Source: a bacterium (GTDB taxonomy: Bacteria; Acidobacteriota; Blastocatellia; HR10). From it: a DNA stretch of 53,530 bases. Each line of letters begins with the position of its first letter. Positions within the stretch are counted from its first letter, which is position 1. Shown here one piece after another: positions 27,226 through 35,747 of this stretch. The notes under the pieces were generated by a model. The model saw only the letters and a program-made list of their open reading frames with translations, was not told the DNA's origin and ran no database searches. The stretch is taken from assembly GCA_041640655.1 (NCBI GenBank), contig JBEPZV010000016.1, forward strand, positions 1 to 53,530, read 5' to 3'. A program made the position numbers and the translations under genes.

Positions 27226-29739
27226 TCAGAACGGCATAGGCTTCACGCCGAACTCGCGAAAGAGCGCGCGTTGGTTATAGAGCTCCGGCCGCACAACCGG
27301 GAGCCATCGGAAGAACCGATTCGGCGGAATGAACGCGCTCTGCCCCGAGGGGAGGCGATTCCATCCGCGCGGCGGATTCGAGAGCTCCACGACCTGCGTG
27401 TACGTCGCCCGATTCGCCTTCGGAACCGGAGGGCCCACGTGAAATCCGAAGAGGTGGCGAAAGCGGATCATCTCGCGCGCGCTCCATGGCATCATCCACA
27501 TCGGCCCATACACGCGCGCGAGGTCCTCCACGGCCTCTTGCGCGCTCCTGGCGATGACCTCGCGCCAGTCCGCGCCGTTGAAATAATCGCGCGCGGGAGG
27601 GACGCCAGACCGCGCGCCCTCAAGGACGTGGAGCACCGTGTTGATGTTCACCTCCGAGAGCCCCTCATCGCCCAACTCATCGACGAAGATGTTCCGGACG
27701 AGGCGCTGCCAGATGGCCTCGAAGACCACATTCGTCGGGTCCACGCCGGGCGCAGCGATGGCATCGGCGTAGAGCGCGCCGTCCCAATTCTGCAGAAGCT
27801 GCGCGACCCCCCCCAAGCGCGGATCAGTGGAACTCGTTTCCTCCAGCGCCCGCGTGAGATATTCCCTCAGGAATTCCATCTTCGGGCCGGCGTCATCGAA
27901 GCGCGCGATGTCTTCCTCCAACGCCAGAAGATCCTCGACCCCTATCCGCGCATCGCGCGCCTCCTCGGAAGCGCGTCGGAGAAGCCGCATGGGCTCGGCC
28001 AAGAGATTCATGATCCGCAACACGCGATGTTGCTTCCCGAAGAGCACGTCGTCCGGATTATCGAAGTCGACCGCCGGCTTGTTGTTCCAATTCGCGAGCC
28101 ACCCCTGTCGCGGATTGCGCACATGAGGCAGGGGGTGCCTCGCGGCACTCCACTCGGCTTCCCCCGTCCCCGGCAGGGGGAGGCGCGGATCGTATTCACT
28201 CGGGCGAACGGGCACCCATCCCACGAGCCAATAGGCGATATTTCCGTCCACGTCCGCGTAGAGAAAGTGGTGCGAGGTCGGGATCCGCTGAACCGCTCGC
28301 TCGAACTCCTCCAGTGTCTGCGCTCGATTGATCTCCAGAAACCCCACCCATGTCTCCGTCTCCTTCATCCAATGAGCCCGCTTGAGCGTGATCGCGATGT
28401 GGTTGGCTTCGTCCACGTAGAGCACAGGACCGTGAACCGTCCGCCTCACCAGGATCGTCTTCGTCTTCGCTGCGCGCAGCGGGAAACCGAGCGGAGACGT
28501 CCGAATGGCGATGACTTCCTCACGCACCTCCATGCGCCGATACGCCCCTTGGTAGAGGTACTCCTCGTGATCGGCGGGATTCAACTGCTCAATGTAGAGG
28601 TCGGCATTATCACCGGGACCGCTGGTCGTCGTCCACGCGATGCGCTCATTGTGCCCGATCAAGACAGCCGGTCCACCGGCAAAGGCCATCCCCGTCACAT
28701 GCCACCCCGGAGCCTTCAGATGCACCTCGTGCACGATGTCTGGATAGAGGAATCCCATCTGCGGCCCACCGAGCAACAGCGGACGTCCCGTTCGCGACCT
28801 CGTCCCGTCAATGACGAATCCGAAGCTCCCGAACGTGACGGGCAATCCCAAGAGTCGAAAGAGCGCTCGACGCCGCTTCTGCCACTGCTCATATGCGGTG
28901 AGGAAGGCGCGAAGATCCGGAAGCCGACGGTAAAACGAGAGCAGAGGATTCCGTCGCCCGGAACGGGTGCGCGCGGCGAGCGCGCGGGCGCTTCGCCCCT
29001 CGCCCCACAGCTCCTCGGGCGGCACGGTCACCGGGGCTTCCGGATCGTTCACCCACCGGAGGTCTTCGAAGATCGCTTCGCCCGCCTCCGGTCCATGCCG
29101 GCTCACGAGCTGCTGGTAGAGGACGAGATTGCGCAACTCCCGCCCGCCGCGCTCGCCGAAGATACGCGTGGCCAATCGGCAGATGGCGATCGAATCCGTG
29201 ACCGTCCACGGTTCTGGGAAGTATCCGAGGATGTGGAATTCCCAGGGCAACTTTCGCATGGGATCCTGGCGCGCCTCAGCCAGGTACCGATTGATCCCAT
29301 CGCGATAGGCGGCGATGGCGCGCCGGGCGAATGCGGGCATCGCTTCGTACATGGCTTGATATTCCGACTCCGTGTACCCGTGCTGACGCTGCTCGACATC
29401 CAGCTCGACAAGCTCCACCGGCCCCCTCACCTCGAGGCTCGTCACCATGTTGCCGAGAACCTCAGCCAAACGCCCGCGCGCGGCCCGCCGAAAGACCTCC
29501 AGCTGCCAGAGCCGATCCTGCGCGACCGCGTACCCATAGGCCTCGAAGAGATCGCGCTCGTTCCCCGCCTCGATGCTCGGCCGACCGTATGCATCCCGGG
29601 AGATTCGAGCTGTCGAGATACTCGTCTCCTTGGCGCGATTGGCCGTGACCGCCGGTATCCCCAAGGCCTCCCAGAGGAAGATCGAGAGACACGTAGTCCC
29701 CACGCTCCATCGGGTGAAACGTCGAAATAGCCCACCCAT
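27226..29739 (-). CDS. penicillin acylase family (Ntn-hydrolase) protein
   Basis: RDAYGRP, GYAVAQDRLWQLE, predicted beta-chain start G|SFGFVIDG, GPQMG, YADVDGNIAY, NWNNKP; N-terminal signal-like segment. Confidence 0.88.
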   Translation of the reverse strand: MGGLFRRFTRWSVGTTCLSIFLWEALGIPAVTANRAKETSISTARISRDAYGRPSIEAGNERDLFEAYGYAVAQDRLWQLEVFRRAARGRLAEVLGNMVTSLEVRGPVELVELDVEQRQHGYTESEYQAMYEAMPAFARRAIAAYRDGINRYLAEARQDPMRKLPWEFHILGYFPEPWTVTDSIAICRLATRIFGERGGRELRNLVLYQQLVSRHGPEAGEAIFEDLRWVNDPEAPVTVPPEELWGEGRSARALAARTRSGRRNPLLSFYRRLPDLRAFLTAYEQWQKRRRALFRLLGLPVTFGSFGFVIDGTRSRTGRPLLLGGPQMGFLYPDIVHEVHLKAPGWHVTGMAFAGGPAVLIGHNERIAWTTTSGPGDNADLYIEQLNPADHEEYLYQGAYRRMEVREEVIAIRTSPLGFPLRAAKTKTILVRRTVHGPVLYVDEANHIAITLKRAHWMKETETWVGFLEINRAQTLEEFERAVQRIPTSHHFLYADVDGNIAYWLVGWVPVRPSEYDPRLPLPGTGEAEWSAARHPLPHVRNPRQGWLANWNNKPAVDFDNPDDVLFGKQHRVLRIMNLLAEPMRLLRRASEEARDARIGVEDLLALEEDIARFDDAGPKMEFLREYLTRALEETSSTDPRLGGVAQLLQNWDGALYADAIAAPGVDPTNVVFEAIWQRLVRNIFVDELGDEGLSEVNINTVLHVLEGARSGVPPARDYFNGADWREVIARSAQEAVEDLARVYGPMWMMPWSAREMIRFRHLFGFHVGPPVPKANRATYTQVVELSNPPRGWNRLPSGQSAFIPPNRFFRWLPVVRPELYNQRALFREFGVKPMPF

Positions 29740-29877
29740 ACTTCACCCCTCCGTGGCGTCCTCGGTGGAGAGGGAGATCACTTCTCTCCTCACGCAGGGG
29801 ATACGCTCAGGAACCCCACGCGAGAAGATTCGCGCTTCTCCACCCTCGCCGTATCTATCCCCGTCCTCCGGCGGGAA

Positions 29878-29906
29878 ATTATAGGGGGAGCTGCGGCGTC
29901 AGACAA
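29878..29906 (-). promoter_or_regulatory. putative sigma70 promoter of the acylase gene
   Basis: Minus strand TTGTCT-17 bp-TATAAT. Confidence 0.6.
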
Positions 29907-29951
29907 GGGGGTTGTGCGAGGGGGTGAACGGCGGATCCTCGCGGCTCGCGT

Positions 29952-31790
29952 TCAAACTTCCGATGCGGGATGATCGGGATTCACCGCCGGGTCAGAGGTC
30001 CGATGCTTCCGCCTCCGATAAAAGATCGAGCGATGCAAGCCCGAACGCCGCGCTGCTTTGGCGACGTTCCCCCCCGCCTCTTCCAGCGCGCGGCGGATCA
30101 AGGCGTCCTCCAACTCGGCGATATACGCGCGCGCGATCCTCAGAATGGCGCGACGACGCCGCTCCAAGTCCGCGCGATCCACCGGTGGCGTGCGCAGATA
30201 GGCGCGAAAGGGATGCTTCTCCGCATCGAGGGCGCGCCACCGGCCGAGAAGCGATTCCGGTAAATCTTGAACGCGAATCTCATCCGATGGGGCCAGCAGG
30301 ACAAGCCGCTGCACGAGGTTCTCCAGCTCCCGAACGTTGCCGGGGAACGAGTACTCCTGGAGCGCGATCAACGCCTCGGGATGAAACCGGAGCGTCGGAC
30401 GTCCGGCGGCCGGAGCATATCTCTTCAGGAAGTGCAGCGCCAGCAGGGGGATATCTTCCGGACGTTCGCGAAGTGGCGGGATGCGCACAGGGATGACATT
30501 CACGCGATGGTAGAGCGCTTCCAGGAACTTCCCCTCGGCGACCATCTGGCGAAGCACGCGACTCGTAGCGGCGACGACGCGAACGTCCACGCGAATCGGC
30601 CGGCTTCCCCCCAGACGCTCGAACTCCTGGAACTGCAGGAAGCGCAGCAGCTTCGCTTGCACGGGGAGAGGGAGCTCGCCGATCTCATCCAGGAAGATCG
30701 TCCCCCGATGGGCCAACTCTACGCGTCCCAGGCGACGCTCGAGCGCACCGGTGAACGCCCCGCGCTCATGTCCGAACAGCTCCGATTCGGCCAGCGTCTC
30801 CGGCACGGCCGCGCAGTTGACGACGACGAACGGTCCCTGGGCTCGCGGGCTCAACGCGTGAAGCGCGCGCGCGAGCATCTCCTTCCCCGTCCCCGATTCT
30901 CCCTCGAGCAAGACGGTCACCGAAGAAGGCGCCACGTGGACGATCGTCTGCACGACCCGCCGCCACTCCGGATTGACCCCCACCAGACCCTGCAAGACCT
31001 CGCCGGGCGGCTCGCGCGAGAACGCGTCGCGAGCGCTCAGCGCCACGCGCAACCGATCGGCGGCTTCCAGATACACGGCGATGATCTGCGCGATCCGGGC
31101 GAGGAAGTCCCGATCCGCCTCCGCATACATCGCGGCGACGGTATTGTTCTCCAGATAGATCGCGCCGAAGCTCACGCCGCCGATGGCCAGCGGGGCCACG
31201 AGGACCGAACGCACGCCGCGCCGCACGACGCTCGTCTCCTGCGCATATGCGGGATCGGAGAGCGCATCCCGAATGAGCAACGTTTCGCCGGAGGCGAGCG
31301 CGCGCCACAACAGCGTCCGACTGAAGGCGTGCTCCTCCGCCGCCAAATCCGCCGAGCGGACATTCCGAGCGCATGCCAGCAGCACGCGCGTCGGATCCAC
31401 GCCGATCTCCCCCCCGATGCGCAGCCCTCCCGGATACAGCACCAGAAGGATGCGCTCCGAGTGCGTCTCGGCGAGCAGGAGATCGGCCGCCCGCTCCAGA
31501 AAGTCTTCCGAAGACGCGCTGTGGAAGTAGAGATCGGCCAACTGTCCGGCGACGCGCCCCAGGCGGCTCTCCTGCACAAGCGGCTGCAGCTCGATGAGCG
31601 CCTGAGTGAGCTTCTCCAGCTCATCGCTGCGAATCTGCCCGAGCGCCCTCGCGAGCGCGCTCAGCAGACGCCGGACCTCGGACTCCGAGAGATCCTCCTG
31701 CTGCGCACAAGTGGCGCGGCGCTCCAATTGCTCGAGCGCCCATCGAACGTCACGGAGAAGATCCGCAGCTCTCTCCCACCACGTGCTCAT
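29952..31790 (-). CDS. sigma54-dependent enhancer-binding protein (helical N-terminus, GAF, AAA+, Fis-HTH)
   Basis: GESGTGKE, ESELFGHERGAFTGA, FLDEIGE, FPGNVREL, GNVAKAARRSG; GAF motif VRSVLVAPL...IYLEN. Confidence 0.92.
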   Translation of the reverse strand: MSTWWERAADLLRDVRWALEQLERRATCAQQEDLSESEVRRLLSALARALGQIRSDELEKLTQALIELQPLVQESRLGRVAGQLADLYFHSASSEDFLERAADLLLAETHSERILLVLYPGGLRIGGEIGVDPTRVLLACARNVRSADLAAEEHAFSRTLLWRALASGETLLIRDALSDPAYAQETSVVRRGVRSVLVAPLAIGGVSFGAIYLENNTVAAMYAEADRDFLARIAQIIAVYLEAADRLRVALSARDAFSREPPGEVLQGLVGVNPEWRRVVQTIVHVAPSSVTVLLEGESGTGKEMLARALHALSPRAQGPFVVVNCAAVPETLAESELFGHERGAFTGALERRLGRVELAHRGTIFLDEIGELPLPVQAKLLRFLQFQEFERLGGSRPIRVDVRVVAATSRVLRQMVAEGKFLEALYHRVNVIPVRIPPLRERPEDIPLLALHFLKRYAPAAGRPTLRFHPEALIALQEYSFPGNVRELENLVQRLVLLAPSDEIRVQDLPESLLGRWRALDAEKHPFRAYLRTPPVDRADLERRRRAILRIARAYIAELEDALIRRALEEAGGNVAKAARRSGLHRSIFYRRRKHRTSDPAVNPDHPASEV

Positions 31791-31805
31791 GCCCCGTGCG
31801 ACACT

Positions 31806-32222
31806 TCATGCCCCCTCGACGCATAACCCGCAGGGCAAGCACATCCCATCGCATTCGCAATAGCCGATGGGGCAGATCCCATCCAGGCCGAGCGCCTCTC
31901 GCGCGAGCGCGCGCACGCGCCGCTCGACGGCGGCCGCTCGTTTCGCCCGCTGTGCCGCCGTCCTGCCGGCCAGGACATAATAGACGGCGAACTGCTCGAA
32001 CGCAGCGAGCACTTCCCGCAACCGCATATAGGAGGCCAGGTCCTCCCCACTCAGCTCGCGCGTCTGGATCTCCCACCGATCCCAGCGATTCTTCGCCGCC
32101 AGCTCCAAGACGGCCGGAGAGATTCCGCGAATCCCTGCTTCGCGCTTCCGCCTCCGTCCGACCTTTCGCACCGGGATGCGAACCTTCAAGGACGTCTCTC
32201 TTCCCACTCGCGTCTTCTTCAT
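31806..32222 (-). CDS. hypothetical protein with basic N-terminus and Cys-rich C-terminus
   Basis: Fills the gap between the kinase and bEBP genes; GAGGGGGA SD; ends CPIGYCECDGMCLPCGLCVEGA. Confidence 0.75.
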   Translation of the reverse strand: MKKTRVGRETSLKVRIPVRKVGRRRKREAGIRGISPAVLELAAKNRWDRWEIQTRELSGEDLASYMRLREVLAAFEQFAVYYVLAGRTAAQRAKRAAAVERRVRALAREALGLDGICPIGYCECDGMCLPCGLCVEGA

Positions 32223-32236
32223 CGAAAGTCCCCCTC

Positions 32237-35203
32237 TCACGGAAAGTTCTCAACCATCTTGATCATGCTCCAGCTCGCCTGCCTCCCGTAGTAAATGCGC
32301 CCATCCGGAGACCATGTGGGTGTGGAGAGGTACACCCGAGGATCCCGGTTCTCCGTCCGCCTCATCGCTCGTCCGCGCTCCAGCGGAAGGACCCAGAGGT
32401 TATCCCGCCCGTCGGCGCGCGAGACGTAAGCGATCGCGCGCCCATCGGGCGAGAGGCTGAGGGTCACCAGAGCGGCCGTTGCGAGCGTCCCCAGCGAGCG
32501 CGTGGCGCCGTCGGGGACAGAGACGCGGAAGAGGCGAATCTCGCGCGCCACATGAGGGGAAAGGCGCGCCCCTTCCCCGACCGCGACAAGGAGGGCTCTC
32601 CCAACACTCAACCACCCCACGAGCCGCATGACCTCTCGACTGCGCATGAGCGGGATCACGCGCTTGCGTTCCACCTCGCTCACCCAAACCATCCACTGCG
32701 CCTCAGGAGCTGCTCTCGACTCCGAGAGGAACGCCAGATACTGCCCGTCCGGAGACCACAAGGGGCAGCAGAACGAGAGCGCGCGATCCGCGTTCCCCGT
32801 CACCGGGATCTCCTCCGAACGATCCAGCTGAGCGATCCAGATGTTCGAGACGCCCGCTCGTATCGCGGCGTAGGCGAGGCGACGGCTATCGGGGGACCAA
32901 CTGAAGTCGCGCGTCTGCAGCCGATTGAAGGGCAGCAGGCCATACCCTCCATGATACACTCCGGCGCGCGTCACCCGTCGCTCCGCCCCTCCGGAAGCCG
33001 GGATGATCCAGATGTCGAGCTGGCCATCCGATCCTCGGCGCAAGAATGCCAGATGCCGCCCATCAGGCGACCATGCGGGATCGAATCCCGCCGTGGTGAA
33101 TCGAATCGCTGGCTCTTCTCCTCCGAGCGTCCTCACGATGATCTGCGAGCGGAAGAGATCCCCACCGGCGCTCGATTCCGACTTCGCTTGAAACGCGATC
33201 GCGCGCCCATCGGGAGAGACGGTCGGCCACAGCTCCAGGCCGATCTCCGTCGTGACCTGAACTTCCTCCCCCGTGCGAGGGTCCACCACCCAGATGTCGG
33301 CGTCGTCCTTCGAGAGCGCATAGAGCACGCGCCGCCCATCGGCGGAGACATCGGAGACGAAGAGGTCCGCATCACTGGCCGTGAGACGCAACGGTGTCCG
33401 CTCGCTCACGTCCACGACGCAGATCTGATACACCTCGCCCCACTTGCAGGAATAGAAGAGGCGCCGCCCATCGGGATGCCAGACGGGGAACCGCTCTTCC
33501 TCGGGGCTTTCGGTGATCCGCATCGGTCTCCCCCCATCGAGGGAGAGCACCCAGATGTCCACCTGCCCTCCTTGGACGTCCACGTAAGCGAGCCGACGCT
33601 CATCCGGTGAGAGGCAGAAATCCAGGGCGCGCGACCTTTGCGGATCGAACGCGGTGAGCGCGGTCACCCGCCGCGAGGCGACGTCAAGCGCGTAGAGGTT
33701 TCGTTGCGCCTCGTAGTAGATCAAGTTCCGCGTCGCCGACCACGCGATCAGATTCACCGGGCTCAAGCGCGCCGACGCCGCTTCAGAGACCACATGAAGG
33801 AGCGTTGGAACGCCCCCGAGCGCGGGGACGACCCAGATGCCCGTCTCTCCTCCCCGATCCGAGAGGAATGCGATCTGCTGCCCATCGGGCGACCAGAGAG
33901 GCGAACGATCCACCCACTCATCGCGTGTGACTGGCACGGCTGTGCCGCCGAGCGTCTGCTGGATCCACAAATCGGGATGTCCGCTTTTTCGCGAAGTGAA
34001 GACGATCATCTTCCCGTCCGGCGAGAAGCGTGCGCGGGGCGGGCTCTCGCCCGGCTCGTTCTTCCAATTCGCCAGCTGCACGTGTCGCAACGCGGCGACC
34101 CATTCCGTGTCCCCATCGGAGCGCAGGAGAGACCAAAGCACGAGCGCCATCACCACGCCAATCGCGAACACGCCCACCACTCGAGTGGAGGGGGCGCGCC
34201 ACGACCACCGCCACCGTTCTCGAACCGTAGGGGTAACAGCGACGATCCGAAGCCCGCTCGTCGCATACCCCTTCTCGCGCGCGAACATCATGAGGTCCGT
34301 CTTCACCTCTGAGATCGTCTGGTACCGATCGGTCGGATTCTTCCGCAACGCCTTCCGAACAATGCGCTCCAACTCGAAATCCACCGGCGACCCCGTCGCG
34401 CTCATCGGCTCCGGCTCATCGTAAAGAATGGCGTGGAGCACTTCGACCGTCGTCGCCCCTTGGAATGGCCGCCGTCCCGTGAGCAGCTCGTAGAGCAACG
34501 TGCCGAAGGCGAAGATGTCGCTCCGCGCATCGAGCGGCTCGCCGCGCACCTGCTCGGGCGACATATAGGGAGTTGTCCCAATGAGCGCCGACGTCGTCGT
34601 GATCTGCGAGAGCGTGAGCACCTCCTCCGGATCTCTCCCCTCCAGGCGCACGCGTTTGGCGAGGCCGAAGTCGAAGACGATCGCGCGATCACGTTCGTCC
34701 ACGATGACGTTCGAGGGCTTAATATCGCGATGGATGATCCCCTGCCGATGAGCTTCCTCTAAGGCATCGGCGATGTCGATCGCATAGCTCAGGGCGCGCT
34801 CAAGGGGCACGGGTCCCTGCTCGAGGATCTCCTTCAGCGTCCTTCCCGCGATGTAGGGCATGGCGATGAAGACGATGCCCTCCGCTTCCCCGACCTCATA
34901 AATGGCGCAGATATTGGGATGTTGAAGGGCGGATGCCGCACGCGCTTCGCGGAAGAAACGGCGCCGCGCTTCCGGATCGGCCATTAACGAAGGAGCGAGG
35001 ACCTTGATGGCCACCGTCCGCCCCAGCTGAAGGTCCACGGCGCGATAGACCTCGGCCATCCCCCCGCGAGCGATCCAGGCCTGGATCTGGTAATGGGAGA
35101 GGACGGTCCCCGGCTGCAGGCATGAGATCTCGGTCCCCCCGCAGCTCTTCGGCGGCGATGACTGCCGGCCTCGGTCTTGCTCTCCGCCGTGCTCGCCATT
35201 CAT
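32237..35203 (-). CDS. Hanks-type Ser/Thr protein kinase with TM helix and extracytoplasmic PD40/TolB-like propeller
   Basis: ARGGMAEVY, VAIK, HRDIKPSN, DFGLAK, YMSPEQ; TM segment VVGVFAIGVVMALVLWSLL; many WSPDG repeats; GAGGTGGAG SD. Confidence 0.92.
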   Translation of the reverse strand: MNGEHGGEQDRGRQSSPPKSCGGTEISCLQPGTVLSHYQIQAWIARGGMAEVYRAVDLQLGRTVAIKVLAPSLMADPEARRRFFREARAASALQHPNICAIYEVGEAEGIVFIAMPYIAGRTLKEILEQGPVPLERALSYAIDIADALEEAHRQGIIHRDIKPSNVIVDERDRAIVFDFGLAKRVRLEGRDPEEVLTLSQITTTSALIGTTPYMSPEQVRGEPLDARSDIFAFGTLLYELLTGRRPFQGATTVEVLHAILYDEPEPMSATGSPVDFELERIVRKALRKNPTDRYQTISEVKTDLMMFAREKGYATSGLRIVAVTPTVRERWRWSWRAPSTRVVGVFAIGVVMALVLWSLLRSDGDTEWVAALRHVQLANWKNEPGESPPRARFSPDGKMIVFTSRKSGHPDLWIQQTLGGTAVPVTRDEWVDRSPLWSPDGQQIAFLSDRGGETGIWVVPALGGVPTLLHVVSEAASARLSPVNLIAWSATRNLIYYEAQRNLYALDVASRRVTALTAFDPQRSRALDFCLSPDERRLAYVDVQGGQVDIWVLSLDGGRPMRITESPEEERFPVWHPDGRRLFYSCKWGEVYQICVVDVSERTPLRLTASDADLFVSDVSADGRRVLYALSKDDADIWVVDPRTGEEVQVTTEIGLELWPTVSPDGRAIAFQAKSESSAGGDLFRSQIIVRTLGGEEPAIRFTTAGFDPAWSPDGRHLAFLRRGSDGQLDIWIIPASGGAERRVTRAGVYHGGYGLLPFNRLQTRDFSWSPDSRRLAYAAIRAGVSNIWIAQLDRSEEIPVTGNADRALSFCCPLWSPDGQYLAFLSESRAAPEAQWMVWVSEVERKRVIPLMRSREVMRLVGWLSVGRALLVAVGEGARLSPHVAREIRLFRVSVPDGATRSLGTLATAALVTLSLSPDGRAIAYVSRADGRDNLWVLPLERGRAMRRTENRDPRVYLSTPTWSPDGRIYYGRQASWSMIKMVENFP

Positions 35204-35247
35204 GTTCTCCACCTCACCCGCTGAGAATCGCGCCGAGCCTCGCCCCA

Positions 35248-35340
35248 ATGATAGACGAAAGGCCCGACGGCGGCAATCGCCTCCTCGAGGAGCACGACCC
35301 GCCCACTCCCCTTGCATCGCCGGAGTCATCCGGGGATAAT
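35248..35340. promoter_or_regulatory. divergent sigma70 promoters (kinase operon and Tat-amidase operon)
   Basis: Minus strand TTGCCG (35276-35271)-17-TATCAT (35253-35248); plus strand TTGCAT (35312-35317)-17-GATAAT (35335-35340). Confidence 0.55.
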
Positions 35341-35371
35341 ACTCCGGCACGCATTCGGGGAGGTCCGAATC

Positions 35372-35710
35372 ATGGGAACGCGAAGGCGAGCGACACGACG
35401 ACACTTTCTCAAGACCATGGCCGCGACGGCTGTCTTCCCTCCCATGCTCTCTCTCCCGAAGACGGCGAAGGGGGAAGCCGCTTCGCGGATGACTCCGCTC
35501 CAACAACCCCAACAGCCGCTCACTCCTTCGGCGGCGGCGGAAGCGTTGGGCGAGCTGGTTCGAGTGCGTTACGGTCAGTTCCTGACGGCCGAACAGCTCG
35601 CCGAAGTCACCCGCCAGATCGAGCGGAACCTTCGTTCGGCAGAACGTCTGCGTAGCGTCACGCTGACGAACGCTGACGAGCCGGATCTCGTCTTCCGCGC
35701 GATGCCGTGA
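35372..35710 (+). CDS. Tat-signal small protein, GatC/AtzG-like amidase partner
   Basis: TRRHFLK twin-arginine motif; C-terminal LTNADEPDLVF; GGAGGT SD; directly upstream of the amidase. Confidence 0.7.
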   Translation: MGTRRRATRRHFLKTMAATAVFPPMLSLPKTAKGEAASRMTPLQQPQQPLTPSAAAEALGELVRVRYGQFLTAEQLAEVTRQIERNLRSAERLRSVTLTNADEPDLVFRAMP

Positions 35711-35747
35711 GCGCGCTTCACTCCTCTCATGACCAGGAGGGTTGACG

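Noticed and set aside
27133..29730. 865-aa plus-strand ORF
   Set aside because: Antisense shadow of the penicillin acylase gene; no recognisable motifs; long shadow ORFs are expected at high GC
31796..33610. 604-aa plus-strand ORF
   Set aside because: Antisense to the kinase and the Cys-rich gene; Arg/Pro-rich composition typical of shadow frames
35204..35512. N-terminal extension of the kinase ORF
   Set aside because: Overlaps the divergent Tat gene and both promoters; the SD supports a start at 35203
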